Assembly (NCBI GenBank): GCA_965228475.1
Contig: OZ245817.1
Coordinates: 4,512,001 to 4,576,000, forward strand
Direction of reading: 5' to 3'
Origin: Myxococcota bacterium
GTDB taxonomy: Bacteria; Myxococcota_A; UBA9160; JAFDDA01
DNA length: 64,000 nt
Under the pieces are notes generated by a model. That model was given only the letters and a program-made list of their open reading frames with translations, ran no database searches and was not told the origin of the DNA. Of the stretch, positions 20,235-29,930 are shown in pieces. The position numbers and the translations under genes were made by a program. Position 1 is the first letter of the stretch. The number at the start of each line of letters is the position of its first letter.

Positions 20235-20945
20235 CTAGTTCTGTTCGACGATGTCGAGGAGCTCCACGTCGAAGTGCAGCGCCGCGCCCGGCTTGATGTG
20301 GGGCGGGGCGCCGCGGTCGCCGTAGGCGATCGACGACGGGCAGATCACGCGGGACTTGCCACCGACGCCCATACGCTGGAGCGCCTCCGTCCAGCACGGA
20401 ATCACGCGATTCAGCGGAAAGACCGCCGGCGTACCGCGCTCCTTCGAGCTGTCGAAGACCGTGCCGTCGCGCAGCGTACCGTGGTAGTGGACGCTCACCG
20501 TGTCGGTGGCGGCGGGCTTGCGATCGCTCCCCGGCTCCACCTCGATGTAGACCAGGCCCGAGGGCGTCTTCACGGCGCCGGCCTCGCCGGCCTGCCCCTC
20601 GACCCACTCCTGGGACGCGAGCTTCTCGGTCTCCGCGCCCGCCGACTGCCGCTCGCGGAAGAGCGCGGCCAGGCGCTGCTGGTACTGGTCGACCTCCACG
20701 GCGGCGTCCTTGCCCTCGATCGCATCGGTGGCGCCGGCCTTCACCGCCTGGCGCTCGCGCTCGCTCAGCTGGAACTCGGCCGCGCGCTTCATCACGAAGT
20801 ACCCGAGCGAGTAGAAGGCCTTGTCGTCCTCGGTCTCGAGGGCGGGCGCTTCCGCGCTCTCGGCACCCTGCTGCTGCGCCGGGCAGCCGGAGAGGAAGAT
20901 CAGGCTGGTCACGGCGAGACCGGTGGCGAAGATCCTGGATTGCAT
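20235..20945 (-). CDS. fkpA: FKBP-type peptidyl-prolyl isomerase (FkpA/Mip-like), lipoprotein
   Basis: Lipobox LSGC; YSLG N-domain; VHYHGTLRDGTVFDSS, VIPCWTEAL, AYG, LHFDVELL; AAGGA SD. Confidence 0.9.
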   Translation of the reverse strand: MQSRIFATGLAVTSLIFLSGCPAQQQGAESAEAPALETEDDKAFYSLGYFVMKRAAEFQLSERERQAVKAGATDAIEGKDAAVEVDQYQQRLAALFRERQSAGAETEKLASQEWVEGQAGEAGAVKTPSGLVYIEVEPGSDRKPAATDTVSVHYHGTLRDGTVFDSSKERGTPAVFPLNRVIPCWTEALQRMGVGGKSRVICPSSIAYGDRGAPPHIKPGAALHFDVELLDIVEQN

Positions 20946-21101
20946 CGCGGTTCCTTCGGTGATGACCCGGACGGCGGGCCCGGGGAACGCCGGAGTGTAG
21001 GGGACCGCCGCCCCCATCGCTGGGCTTCGCGCGGTTCTTCGGGTCGCAGGACTCAAGCCGGGCGCCCGTCCGAGCCATGAGTCCATCTTGGGGGTGCGCG
21101 T

Positions 21102-21533
21102 TTGAGGATCGAAGCGATTCAGGGAGCCTGGCCGGTCCATCGGCCGCTGCCCATCGTGCGCCTGCGAAGCAGCGCAGCCGCCGAGATCCAACCCTCCCGG
21201 AACCGGATGATCGCCGCGACCGGCGCCGCGCCCAACGTCCGGGCCCCCGCCCCGACGAGGCAGCTCACACCGGCGGAGCGCGAGCTCATCGGCGCGGGCG
21301 AGGGTGTTCGGCCTCCGGCCACACCGACGGCGCAGGCCGTGGAGGCCCGAATCCGCGCCGAGCGAGCCGAGTTGCCGCCGCCGAGCCTCGCGATCCGGCC
21401 GGGCGACGGGCCGCAGGAGAGCTCGCGGGCCGCCGCGCGGCAGGGCTTCGGCGAGGAAGTCGCGCGCAGCTACGCCCGAGCACACGAGGCGGAGGCACGG
21501 GCGAGCGACCGCCGCATCGACCTGCGTGCCTGA
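21102..21533 (+). CDS. hypothetical protein ending in RRIDLRA
   Basis: Best-looking ORF filling the fkpA-fdhD gap; TTG start after GGGGTG; no recognisable domain. Confidence 0.5.
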   Translation: MRIEAIQGAWPVHRPLPIVRLRSSAAAEIQPSRNRMIAATGAAPNVRAPAPTRQLTPAERELIGAGEGVRPPATPTAQAVEARIRAERAELPPPSLAIRPGDGPQESSRAAARQGFGEEVARSYARAHEAEARASDRRIDLRA

Positions 21534-21556
21534 GCCGCATCGACCTGCGCGCCTGA
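21511..21556. repeat. 23-bp tandem duplication including the stop codon of the 21102 ORF
   Basis: GCCGCATCGACCTGCGTGCCTGA (21511-21533) followed by GCCGCATCGACCTGCGCGCCTGA (21534-21556), one mismatch. Confidence 0.9.
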
Positions 21557-21597
21557 GCCACTTCGACAGCCCCGCGCGAGCCCGTCATTCTCCGGGC

Positions 21598-22419
21598 GTG
21601 GAACGAGACCACCCCACGCTGGCGCGGGTCGGCCGCACTCGGGTCGATGCCGGAACCCTCACTCGCGACGACGATACCGTCGCCTGCGAAGGCCCCCTCG
21701 AGATCCAGATCGAAGGGCACTCCCTCGCCGTGGTCATGCGCACCCCGGGGCACGACGTCGAACTCGCGACGGGCTTCCTCTTCACCGAGCGCGTACTGGG
21801 CGGGCCCGACGAACTCGTCTCCGTACACGCCTACTCGAGATCGCGCGACGAGGAAGAGGATCACGTGGTCCGGGCCGTGCTGCGCGCGGACGTCCAGCCG
21901 GACGTCGAGCGCCTGAAGCGAAACCTCTTTGCGAGTTCGAGCTGCGGCGTCTGCGGCAAGGCGACCCTCGAGAACGCCCTGGCCCACGCTCCCGCGCTCG
22001 ACGACCCCGCGCGGTTCCCGGCCTCCTACTTCGAACCCCTGCCCGAGGCCCTGCGCACCGCGCAGGAAGGCTTCGATCGCACCGGTGGACTGCACGCGGC
22101 CGCGCTGTTCTCGCCCGAGGGCCGAAGGCTCGTGGTGCGCGAGGACGTCGGGCGTCACAACGCCGTCGACAAGGTGGTGGGCGTCGCGCTTCGAGAGGGC
22201 CTCACGCCGCTCACCGGACACGTCCTCATGGTCTCCGGGCGCATCTCCTACGAGATCGTGCAGAAGGCCCTCGCCGCTCGGATCCCCGTGGTCGCGGCGG
22301 TGTCGGCCCCGACCTCGCTCGCCGTCGAGCTCGCCGAAGCGTCGGGGATCGCGCTGGTCGCCTTCCTGCGCGGGCCGCGCTTCGCGGTCTACGGCGAGCG
22401 GGACCGCGTCGTAGGCTAG
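21598..22419 (+). CDS. fdhD: formate dehydrogenase accessory sulfurtransferase
   Basis: EGPLEI, MRTPGHDVELATGFL, SSCGVCG, TGGLHAA, EDVGRHNAVDK, SGRISYEIVQKA, SAPTSLAV. Confidence 0.96.
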   Translation: MERDHPTLARVGRTRVDAGTLTRDDDTVACEGPLEIQIEGHSLAVVMRTPGHDVELATGFLFTERVLGGPDELVSVHAYSRSRDEEEDHVVRAVLRADVQPDVERLKRNLFASSSCGVCGKATLENALAHAPALDDPARFPASYFEPLPEALRTAQEGFDRTGGLHAAALFSPEGRRLVVREDVGRHNAVDKVVGVALREGLTPLTGHVLMVSGRISYEIVQKALAARIPVVAAVSAPTSLAVELAEASGIALVAFLRGPRFAVYGERDRVVG

Positions 22420-22440
22420 AATTTCCGGCCGAGGAGGCCC

Positions 22441-24750
22441 GTGGCACGCTCCGGAGACGACCAGGACAGCCAGGCCGCGGGAGGCCTGGGAGCGCTCACC
22501 AGCGCCCTCGAGCACACCGCGCGCGGGCCGGGGTTCGTCCGCGGCATCCGCTCGTTCCTGGGCGTCAACCAGACGGCCGGCTTCGATTGCCCCGGGTGCG
22601 CCTGGCCGGACCCCGACGACCGGGCCGCCCTCGAGTTCTGCGAGCAGGGCGTGAAGGCCGTCGCCCACGAAGCCACGCGCCAGACCATCGGGGCGGAGTT
22701 CTTCGCGGCGCACCCGATCTCCGAGCTCCTCGAGAAACCGGGCTCCTGGCTCGAACGACAGGGGCGCCTCGTCGAGCCCCTCTACCGGGCGCCGGGCTCG
22801 GACCACTACCGCCCGATCCAGTGGGAGGAGGCCTTCGATCGCTGCGGCCGCGCCCTGCGCGCGCTCGACTCGGCGGACGAAGCCATCTTCTACACGTCCG
22901 GGCGAACGAGCAACGAAGCGGCGTTTCTCTACCAGCTCTTCGCCCGCCGCTTCGGAACGAACAACCTCCCGGACTGCTCGAACATGTGCCACGAGTCGAG
23001 CGGCGTCGGGCTGACCGAGGCGATCGGCGTCGGCAAGGGCACCGTCACGCTCGCGGACTTCGATCAGGCCGACGCGATCTTCGTGGTCGGGCAGAACCCG
23101 GGCAGCAACCATCCGCGCATGCTCGCGACCCTCCAGGCCGCGAGCCGGCGGGGCTGCCGGATCGTGAGCATCAACCCCCTGCGCGAGCGCGGCCTCGTGC
23201 GCTTCGCCCACCCGAAGGAGCCCCTCGCGCTGCTCGGCAGGAGCACGCCGATCGCCGAGCGGTTCCTCCAGGTCCGGGTCGGCGGCGACGTCGCGCTGTT
23301 CAAGGCGCTCGCCAAGGAAGTGCTCCAGGCCGAAGCCGGCGCTCCCGGCACGGTGCTCGATCGCGGCTTCCTGTCCGAACACACCGCGGGCTTCGACGCC
23401 TACCGGGAAGCCCTCGAGGCCATCCCGCTGACGGAGCTCGTCGCGGCCTCCGGCGTTCCCCAGGAAGAGATCGAAGAGGCAGCGCGGATCTACTACGAGG
23501 CCGAACGCGTGATCGTCTGCTGGGCCATGGGCGTGACGCAGCACGCGCACGGCGTCGCGAACGTCCAGGAGATCATGAACCTGCTGTTGCTGCGGGGGAA
23601 CATCGGCAAGCCCGGTGCGGGGCCGTGCCCGGTCCGAGGCCACAGCAACGTCCAGGGCGACCGCACGATGGGCATCCACGAGCGGCCCGCCGCGGCCTTC
23701 CTCGACCGGCTCGAGGAGGAGTTCCGCTTCTCCCCGCCGCGCGAGCACGGCGTCGACACCGTCGGCGCGATCGAAGCGATGCGCGACGGCCGCGGAAAGG
23801 TCTTCTTCGGACTCGGCGGGAACTTCGTCGTGGCGGCTCCGGACACCCCGGTGGTCGAACGCGCCCTCGAACGGACCGACTTCACCGCCTTCGTCGCGAC
23901 CAAACTGAACCGCTCCCATCTGCGGACCGGACGGGAATCCCTGCTCCTGCCGTGCCTCGGCCGGACCGATCGCGACGCCCACGCGGGCAGCGACCGCTTC
24001 GTGAGCGTCGAAAACTCGATGGCCGTCGTGCACCGTTCGGCGGGCCGCCTGACTCCGGCGGGGCCCGAGCTGCGAAGCGAACCCGAGATCGTCGCGGGCA
24101 TCGCTCACGCCACCCTCGGAAGCGAGGACGGGATCGACTGGCTCGCCCTCGGCGCCGACTACGACCGCATCCGCGATCACGTGAGCCGGGTGGTGCCGGG
24201 CTTCGAAGACTTCAACCGGCGGATCCGCGAGACCGAGGGCTTCGTCCTGCCTCGCGCGCCGATGGAGCGCCGCTTCGAGACCGCCTCGGGCAAGGCCGAG
24301 TTCAAGGTCCACACCCTCCCCCCGGACCCGCTCGCGCCGGGCCAGTTCCTGATGATGACCCTCCGCAGCCACGACCAGTACAACACGACCGTTTACGGCG
24401 ACGACGACCGCTACCGCGACGTCCGGGGCGGGCGGCGCGTCGTCCTGATGCGCGAGGACGATGCCCGGAGTGCCGGCCTCGGCGAGAACGACGCGGTCAC
24501 CCTCACGAGCCACCATCGGGGCGAGACGCGATCCCTCGACGGCTTCCGCGTGGTCTTCCACGATCTGCCCGCGCGCTGCGTCGGCACCTACTTCCCCGAG
24601 GCGAACCCGCTCGTCCCGCTGGCCCAGCGCGACGAGCGAAGCCGGACGCCCGCCTACAAGTCCGTCGTCGTGACCCTCGCGGCGTCCCCGTCCGACTCCG
24701 CCGGCACCTCCCGCTCTTCGGACCCGGAGGCCACGCCGGGCGCGCCGTGA
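22441..24750 (+). CDS. FdhF/YdeP family molybdopterin oxidoreductase
   Basis: AAGGLGAL, GFDCPGCAWPD, EFCEQG, YTSGRTSNEAAF, NNLPDCSNMCHE, RGHSNVQGDRTMG, TLRSHDQYNTT; GAGGAGG SD. Confidence 0.93.
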   Translation: MARSGDDQDSQAAGGLGALTSALEHTARGPGFVRGIRSFLGVNQTAGFDCPGCAWPDPDDRAALEFCEQGVKAVAHEATRQTIGAEFFAAHPISELLEKPGSWLERQGRLVEPLYRAPGSDHYRPIQWEEAFDRCGRALRALDSADEAIFYTSGRTSNEAAFLYQLFARRFGTNNLPDCSNMCHESSGVGLTEAIGVGKGTVTLADFDQADAIFVVGQNPGSNHPRMLATLQAASRRGCRIVSINPLRERGLVRFAHPKEPLALLGRSTPIAERFLQVRVGGDVALFKALAKEVLQAEAGAPGTVLDRGFLSEHTAGFDAYREALEAIPLTELVAASGVPQEEIEEAARIYYEAERVIVCWAMGVTQHAHGVANVQEIMNLLLLRGNIGKPGAGPCPVRGHSNVQGDRTMGIHERPAAAFLDRLEEEFRFSPPREHGVDTVGAIEAMRDGRGKVFFGLGGNFVVAAPDTPVVERALERTDFTAFVATKLNRSHLRTGRESLLLPCLGRTDRDAHAGSDRFVSVENSMAVVHRSAGRLTPAGPELRSEPEIVAGIAHATLGSEDGIDWLALGADYDRIRDHVSRVVPGFEDFNRRIRETEGFVLPRAPMERRFETASGKAEFKVHTLPPDPLAPGQFLMMTLRSHDQYNTTVYGDDDRYRDVRGGRRVVLMREDDARSAGLGENDAVTLTSHHRGETRSLDGFRVVFHDLPARCVGTYFPEANPLVPLAQRDERSRTPAYKSVVVTLAASPSDSAGTSRSSDPEATPGAP

Positions 24751-27700
24751 CGGGGCTCTTCCAGGACGTTCGCGGCGCCGAGCGTCGCCGGTTCCAGTTC
24801 TTCTTCGCACTCTCGGCCCTGCTCGGCGCAGCCCAGGTCGTCGGCATCACCGGCTCCGAGGCGCTCTTCCTCGCCGTCTACGGCGTCGAGTGGCTGCCGC
24901 ACACCTTCGTCGCCGCCGCCTGCTTCACCGTCGGCATGTCCTGGCTCTACGCCTCGGTCGTCGGCCGCGCCCGCAACGACTCGCTCTTCGAGCGCATGCT
25001 GATGATCTCCGCCCTCGTCCTCGCCGGAATGACGGCCGGCCTCGCGGCGGGAATGCAGTGGCTCCTGCCCGTCCTCGTCTGCCTCTACTGGGCGAACTAC
25101 GCGATCTTCCTCAATCACTACTGGACGTTCACCGGCGACTACTTCGACACCCTGGCGACCAAGCGTCTCTTTCCGCTGTTCACCGTCGGTGCGAGCCTCG
25201 GCAGCATCGGCGGCGGCGTTCTGGCCGCGGGCGCGGTGCGCGTCGCGCCCCCCGAGAGCCTGATCGGCCTTTGGGCCCTGTGCCTCGCCGCAGCCGCCGT
25301 GCTCCTGCATCGCAACCGTCAGCGCCTTCGACGCTGGGGGCCGCTCGAGCTCGAAGAAGCGGACGACACCTCGCTGCAGGGCATCCAGGGCGCGCTGGGC
25401 CTGATCCGGCAAACGCCCCTCGGCCGGCGCCTCGCCCTCTCGGCCGTCGCGATGGTCCTTTCGCTGTTCGTCCTCCAGTACCTCTACAGCGACGTCTTCA
25501 CCCGGACCTTCACGAACGCCGAGGACCTCGCCTTCTTCTTCGGCGTCTACCTGGTCGTCACCAATCTCGTCGAGGTCGCCGTCGAGGTCTGGGTGACGCC
25601 GCGTCTGATCCGCCGCTTCGGCGTCGCGACCACGAACGTCCTCCACCCCCTGCTGACCGTCCTTTCCTTTGCAGCCCTCGCCTTCGACTATCGCCTCGGC
25701 GCGGCGGTGCTCGCCCGGGCCAACCGCGAGATGGTCGAGAACGCGATGGCCGGACCGGTGCGGAACCTGGTCTACAACGCCCTGCCCCACTCGGTGCGCG
25801 GCCCGGCGCGCGCCTTCTTCGAAGGCATCGTCGTCTACTCGGGCATGGCCGTCGCCGGCACGGTGCTGATCCTCCTGACCGGACGCCTCTCTCCGGCGGC
25901 GCTGTGCGCCGCGGGCGGAGCGATCGCCCTGCTCTACCTCGCGGCCAACCTCGGCGTGCGGCGGCAGTACCTGCGGACCCTCGTCGCCGAGCTGCGCGAA
26001 GGACGGATCGACCTGGAATCGCTCTCGGACGAGCTCGGACGCTGGGAACTCTCGCGGCTCGCGGAGCTGTGGCGGACCATGCTCGAAGCGCGCGACGACC
26101 GCGCGGCCTCCCTGGCGAGCCAGCTCGCACCTCAGCTCGCGGCGCGCGGCGCGGTCTCCACCCTTCGCGCGGGGCTCGACCACGACGACGCGATCGTGCG
26201 CCGAGCCTGCGTGGCGGCGCTCGGTGTAGCCGGGGGAGCGGCCGGCCAGGGTGCAGCCGACGACGCGGTCCTGCTCGCGCTCGAGGACGAAGACGCCGGC
26301 GTGCGCAGGGCCGCCGTCGAGGCCCTCCCTCCGGTGATCCGGACCCGCAGCCAGGAAACCGCGCTGCGCCGCCGGCTCGGGGATGCGAACCCCCGCGTCC
26401 GAGCGGCGGCGGCCGTGCGGCTCGGAGCCGACGGCGAGGCGACCCTCGCCGAGATGCTCGCGGCTCGGGAGACGGACACGGTCTGCGCCGCCCTCGGGCA
26501 TCTCCCTCCGCCCGCGCTCGAGAAGGCCCTCGAGACCCTCGACGAGAGTGAACCGTCCGTTCTCGCCGCGGGCCTCGAGGCCGCCGTGCGTCAACTCGAC
26601 CCGGTTCCGATCGACGCCACCCGCCTCGCCACCTGGGCGAAGCACGACGATGCCGCCGTGCGCGCGGCTGCGGTCCACGCCCTCGGCACGCGCCGCGAAC
26701 CGCAGGTTTCGGAGACCCTTGCCGAGACCCTCGGCGACGCCGCCCGCACCGTCCGGTTGACCGCGGCCGAGGCCCTCGGCAGCCGCGGCTCGGAAGGTGC
26801 GGCGGCGGCCGAGCCGAAGCTCCGGTCGACTTCCACCCGCGCCATCGAGGGCGCGATCCTCGCGATCGCCGCAACCGGGCTTCCGGAGGGCAAGGAGCGC
26901 TTGCGAGAGGAGCTCGCACATCGCGTGCGCGAATCGTGGCGCGCTCTCCTCTGCCTGAACCAGCTGCCGGAGGACGACGAGACCCTCCCGGGACGCTTCC
27001 TGCGCATCGCCCTGGCCGACGCGCTCGCCCGCAACTGGGGCCTCGCGTTCTTCCTGCTCGAACACACGGAAGACCGATCGCTCATGCGCAGCGTGGAGAA
27101 GGCCCTGCGCTTCGCGACGGCGCGAGGCCGCGGCTCTGCCCTCGAGGTGCTCTCGAACCTCGGCGACCGAGAGACGGCACGGCTCCTCGTGCTGCTGGCC
27201 GAGCCCGCCGAGGTCGCCGACAAGCTGAGCGAGGTCGAGGAAGACCTCGAGGTCCCGACGGACACCGAAGGCGCTCTGGCCCTCGCACGCGGCTCGGCGC
27301 ACCCCTGGATCACGGCATGCTTCTCACTCCCGGAACGCTCGGGTCCGGAACGGAACCGGCTGGAGGACGTCATGGAGAAACTTCTCGGTCTGAAGCAGGT
27401 GCCGCTCTTCGCGCACTTCAGTCTCGAGCAGCTCGAAGGGATCACCCGCGTCACCCAGGAACGCACCTACCGTGCCGGCGAGCTCATCCTCGAAGAGGGC
27501 GCACCGGGCGGCGAGCTCTACGTCGTGCTGGCGGGATCCGTCCGTGTCTGGAAGAACCACTCGACGCCCGAGGCGATCGACCTCGGCACCATGGGCCATG
27601 GCAGCTACTTCGGCGAGATGGCGATCTTCGACGACAAGCCGCGCAGCGCGACCATCGTGGCCGACCAGGACACCCGCGTCCTGATGCTCGGCGGAGAACG

Positions 27701-27815
27701 CCTGAAGGAGTTCGTGATGCAGGCGCCCGAGATGGCCTTCCAGATCCTCTCCGTCCTCACGACCCGCATCCGTGAGGTCGAAGGGCGGCTCGACCAGGTG
27801 CTTCGGGAGCGCTGA
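24747..27815 (+). CDS. Npt/TLC-like MFS transporter fused to HEAT repeats and a cNMP-binding domain
   Basis: GTG overlaps the upstream stop. About 12 TM region with FLAVYGVEWLP and YFDTLATKRLFPL; HEAT repeats (D.D..VRRAA..AL); C-terminal LKQVPLF..GSYFGEMAIFDDKPRSATI. Confidence 0.85.
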   Translation: MTGLFQDVRGAERRRFQFFFALSALLGAAQVVGITGSEALFLAVYGVEWLPHTFVAAACFTVGMSWLYASVVGRARNDSLFERMLMISALVLAGMTAGLAAGMQWLLPVLVCLYWANYAIFLNHYWTFTGDYFDTLATKRLFPLFTVGASLGSIGGGVLAAGAVRVAPPESLIGLWALCLAAAAVLLHRNRQRLRRWGPLELEEADDTSLQGIQGALGLIRQTPLGRRLALSAVAMVLSLFVLQYLYSDVFTRTFTNAEDLAFFFGVYLVVTNLVEVAVEVWVTPRLIRRFGVATTNVLHPLLTVLSFAALAFDYRLGAAVLARANREMVENAMAGPVRNLVYNALPHSVRGPARAFFEGIVVYSGMAVAGTVLILLTGRLSPAALCAAGGAIALLYLAANLGVRRQYLRTLVAELREGRIDLESLSDELGRWELSRLAELWRTMLEARDDRAASLASQLAPQLAARGAVSTLRAGLDHDDAIVRRACVAALGVAGGAAGQGAADDAVLLALEDEDAGVRRAAVEALPPVIRTRSQETALRRRLGDANPRVRAAAAVRLGADGEATLAEMLAARETDTVCAALGHLPPPALEKALETLDESEPSVLAAGLEAAVRQLDPVPIDATRLATWAKHDDAAVRAAAVHALGTRREPQVSETLAETLGDAARTVRLTAAEALGSRGSEGAAAAEPKLRSTSTRAIEGAILAIAATGLPEGKERLREELAHRVRESWRALLCLNQLPEDDETLPGRFLRIALADALARNWGLAFFLLEHTEDRSLMRSVEKALRFATARGRGSALEVLSNLGDRETARLLVLLAEPAEVADKLSEVEEDLEVPTDTEGALALARGSAHPWITACFSLPERSGPERNRLEDVMEKLLGLKQVPLFAHFSLEQLEGITRVTQERTYRAGELILEEGAPGGELYVVLAGSVRVWKNHSTPEAIDLGTMGHGSYFGEMAIFDDKPRSATIVADQDTRVLMLGGERLKEFVMQAPEMAFQILSVLTTRIREVEGRLDQVLRER

Positions 27816-27820
27816 ACCCG

Positions 27821-28846
27821 TTGCCGGTCACTTGCCGGCTGCCGATACCCTTCAAGGCACTCCCGCCAACGGCCGATCCCGAGGTGGTGAAGCTCCAGAT
27901 CCAGGAAGTGATGACCAAGGACGTCGAGTCCGTCGGCCCCGAGGCCGGCGTGGACGACGTCCTCACGCTCATGTTGGAGCGCCGCATCTCCTGCGTCCTG
28001 GTCTGCGAAGAAGGCATCCCGCTCGGCGTGATCAGCGAACGCGACTTCGTGCGTCGACTCTCGGAGAGCCTCGAAGGAAGGCCACTCCCCGAAACGGCGG
28101 GCCAGCTGATGTCGAGCCCGCCCGTGACCGTGGAGCAGTTCTGGAGCGTCGACCGGGCGATGGAGGTCGTCCAGGAGAAGCGCATCCGCCGCCTGCCGGT
28201 CGTCGACCGCGCGGGAGTCCTGGTCGGGCTCGTCACCCAGACCGACCTCCTCGATGCGCAGCACATGCGGCTCGCGCGAACCGTCGAGGTTCGGACGCGC
28301 GAACTTCAGGCCGCGAACGATCGCCTGCGCGCCCTGTCCCTGAAGGACGGGCTGCTCGAGATCGGAAACCGCCGTGCGATGAACGAGATGCTCGAGAAGG
28401 CGCACCGCCTCGCCGAACGCTACGACCGCCCCTACTCGGTGGTCCTTGCGGACGTCGATCACTTCAAGGCCTACAACGACTACTACGGGCACCCCGAAGC
28501 GGACGAGGTCCTGAAGCGGATCGCGAACGCCCTGTGCGAGACCGCGCGCGCCTCGGACACGGTGTTCCGCTACGGCGGCGAAGAGATCCTCGTGCTGCTT
28601 CCGGAGACCGCGATCGAGGGCGCACGCACGATGGCCGAGCGCGTCGTGGCAGCGGTGCGGGCCCTCGACATCGCGAGCGAGCCGACCGCCGAAGGCTTCG
28701 TCACGGTGAGCTGCGGCATGGCGTCCTCGCACACCGCCGACGGCGGCCCCTCGGCCTGGCTCGACGTCCTCTCGCGCGCGGACGCATCGCTCTACGATGC
28801 CAAGCGCTCCGGGCGCAACCGGGTCGGAGCGGTTTCGCCTTCCTGA
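27821..28846 (+). CDS. CBS-pair + GGDEF diguanylate cyclase
   Basis: Two CBS domains (VMTKDV, LMSSPP), coiled-coil linker, DGLLEIGNRR, DVDHFKAYND, RASD I-site, RYGGEEI; true start may be GTG near 27884. Confidence 0.9.
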   Translation: MPVTCRLPIPFKALPPTADPEVVKLQIQEVMTKDVESVGPEAGVDDVLTLMLERRISCVLVCEEGIPLGVISERDFVRRLSESLEGRPLPETAGQLMSSPPVTVEQFWSVDRAMEVVQEKRIRRLPVVDRAGVLVGLVTQTDLLDAQHMRLARTVEVRTRELQAANDRLRALSLKDGLLEIGNRRAMNEMLEKAHRLAERYDRPYSVVLADVDHFKAYNDYYGHPEADEVLKRIANALCETARASDTVFRYGGEEILVLLPETAIEGARTMAERVVAAVRALDIASEPTAEGFVTVSCGMASSHTADGGPSAWLDVLSRADASLYDAKRSGRNRVGAVSPS

Positions 28847-28929
28847 CACCCGCCGCGCGTCCGGCGCCGCGGCGCGCAGCGGCCGGGCCTACGCTTGATC
28901 GCGTCACCGAATTCGCCAAACTCCGTCTC

Positions 28930-29433
28930 GTGATCAAGATCGCGATGAGCACGCGGATCGCGGCCGACCGGGCCCGGATCTGGTCGGCGCTGGCCGACGG
29001 CTCGGAGCGGGTCCGCTGGGATGGCCCCCTCGAGGCTCCGCTCGACGTCGCGCCCGACCATCCCCGCCCGGGGGATCACGCGCGCTGGCGCTACCGCCTG
29101 AACGGGATGCCGGTGATCCTGAGCGAGCGCACCCTCGAAGTGGTGGAGGGCAAGCGCCTCCGCTCGGCCGTGGCCCTCGGCCCCTTTCGTTTCGACCTCG
29201 CCTACACGCTCGAGCCGGACCCCGACGGCCGGCGCATGCGGCTCTCGGCGGTGCTCGCCGCCTCCAACGTCGTGCCGGTGGTGGGCGGCGTGCTCGACCG
29301 CTTCGCCGTTCGGCGGATCGCGAGCGAACTCGTCGCCCGCCTGCTCTCGGACGTGCGGGCGCACTGCGAAGGCGTTCGGCCCGAGGCGCCGGCACCGGTC
29401 CCCACCCCACGCCTGGCAAGGGAGAACGGATGA
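28930..29433 (+). CDS. SRPBCC (START/polyketide cyclase) family protein
   Basis: TRIAADRARIWSALAD..RW N-terminal pattern and C-terminal helix; stop overlaps the next ATG. Confidence 0.7.
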   Translation: MIKIAMSTRIAADRARIWSALADGSERVRWDGPLEAPLDVAPDHPRPGDHARWRYRLNGMPVILSERTLEVVEGKRLRSAVALGPFRFDLAYTLEPDPDGRRMRLSAVLAASNVVPVVGGVLDRFAVRRIASELVARLLSDVRAHCEGVRPEAPAPVPTPRLARENG

Positions 29434-29918
29434 AGACCCTGCTTCGCATTCTCGGTCTCGGGCTCCTGGTCGTTCTGATCGGGACCGCGGGGCTGGCCAT
29501 CGCCGCGCGCTTCAACGACGGCCCGCTCGCGATCTTCGCAGGGGGCCCTTTCTCGGAGGGGGAACTCGTCGAGCTGACCTGGCACGACGCGACGTTCCTG
29601 GCCGACGTCGAAGAGCTCGAGTGGCAGCTCGAGGAACCCCCGCGCTCGCGCATCACCTGGGTCGTCGTCCACGACCGCATGGCCTACATCCCGTGCGGCA
29701 TGCCCGAGTTCCGGCTCTGGAAGCAGTGGCCCCACGAGGCGGTGCAGGACGGGCGCGCCATCTTCCGGATCGACGGGAAGCTCCACCGGCGCCATCTCGT
29801 GAAGGTCGACGACCCTGCGCTCGAAGCGAAGCTTCGCACCCAGACCGGCGAGAAGTACGGCGTCGAGGACTACCCGGGCGAACTCTGGTTCTTCCGCGTC
29901 GATCCGCGGCGGGGCTAG
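29430..29918 (+). CDS. membrane-anchored hypothetical protein, DUF2255/split-barrel-like
   Basis: N-terminal TM; DGPLAIFAGGP, RSRITWVVVHDRMAYI, WPHEAVQDGRAIFRIDGK, LWFFRVDPR; GGAG SD. Confidence 0.65.
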   Translation: MKTLLRILGLGLLVVLIGTAGLAIAARFNDGPLAIFAGGPFSEGELVELTWHDATFLADVEELEWQLEEPPRSRITWVVVHDRMAYIPCGMPEFRLWKQWPHEAVQDGRAIFRIDGKLHRRHLVKVDDPALEAKLRTQTGEKYGVEDYPGELWFFRVDPRRG

Positions 29919-29930
29919 CGCGGCAGGCCG

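Noticed and set aside
22587..24746. Apparent 1742-aa giant protein 22587..27815
   Set aside because: The first ~720 aa are an R/P/G-rich alternate frame over the molybdoenzyme; the real gene starts at GTG 24747. The same artefact affects 40478..44347, 60494..63352, 1679..4006 and 7224..9830.
21286..24810. 1174-aa antisense ORF, and similar long ORFs such as 6966..8906, 24654..27302, 32296..34983 and 59879..62236
   Set aside because: Shadow frames opposite well-supported genes; stop codons are rare at this GC content and the translations carry no motifs
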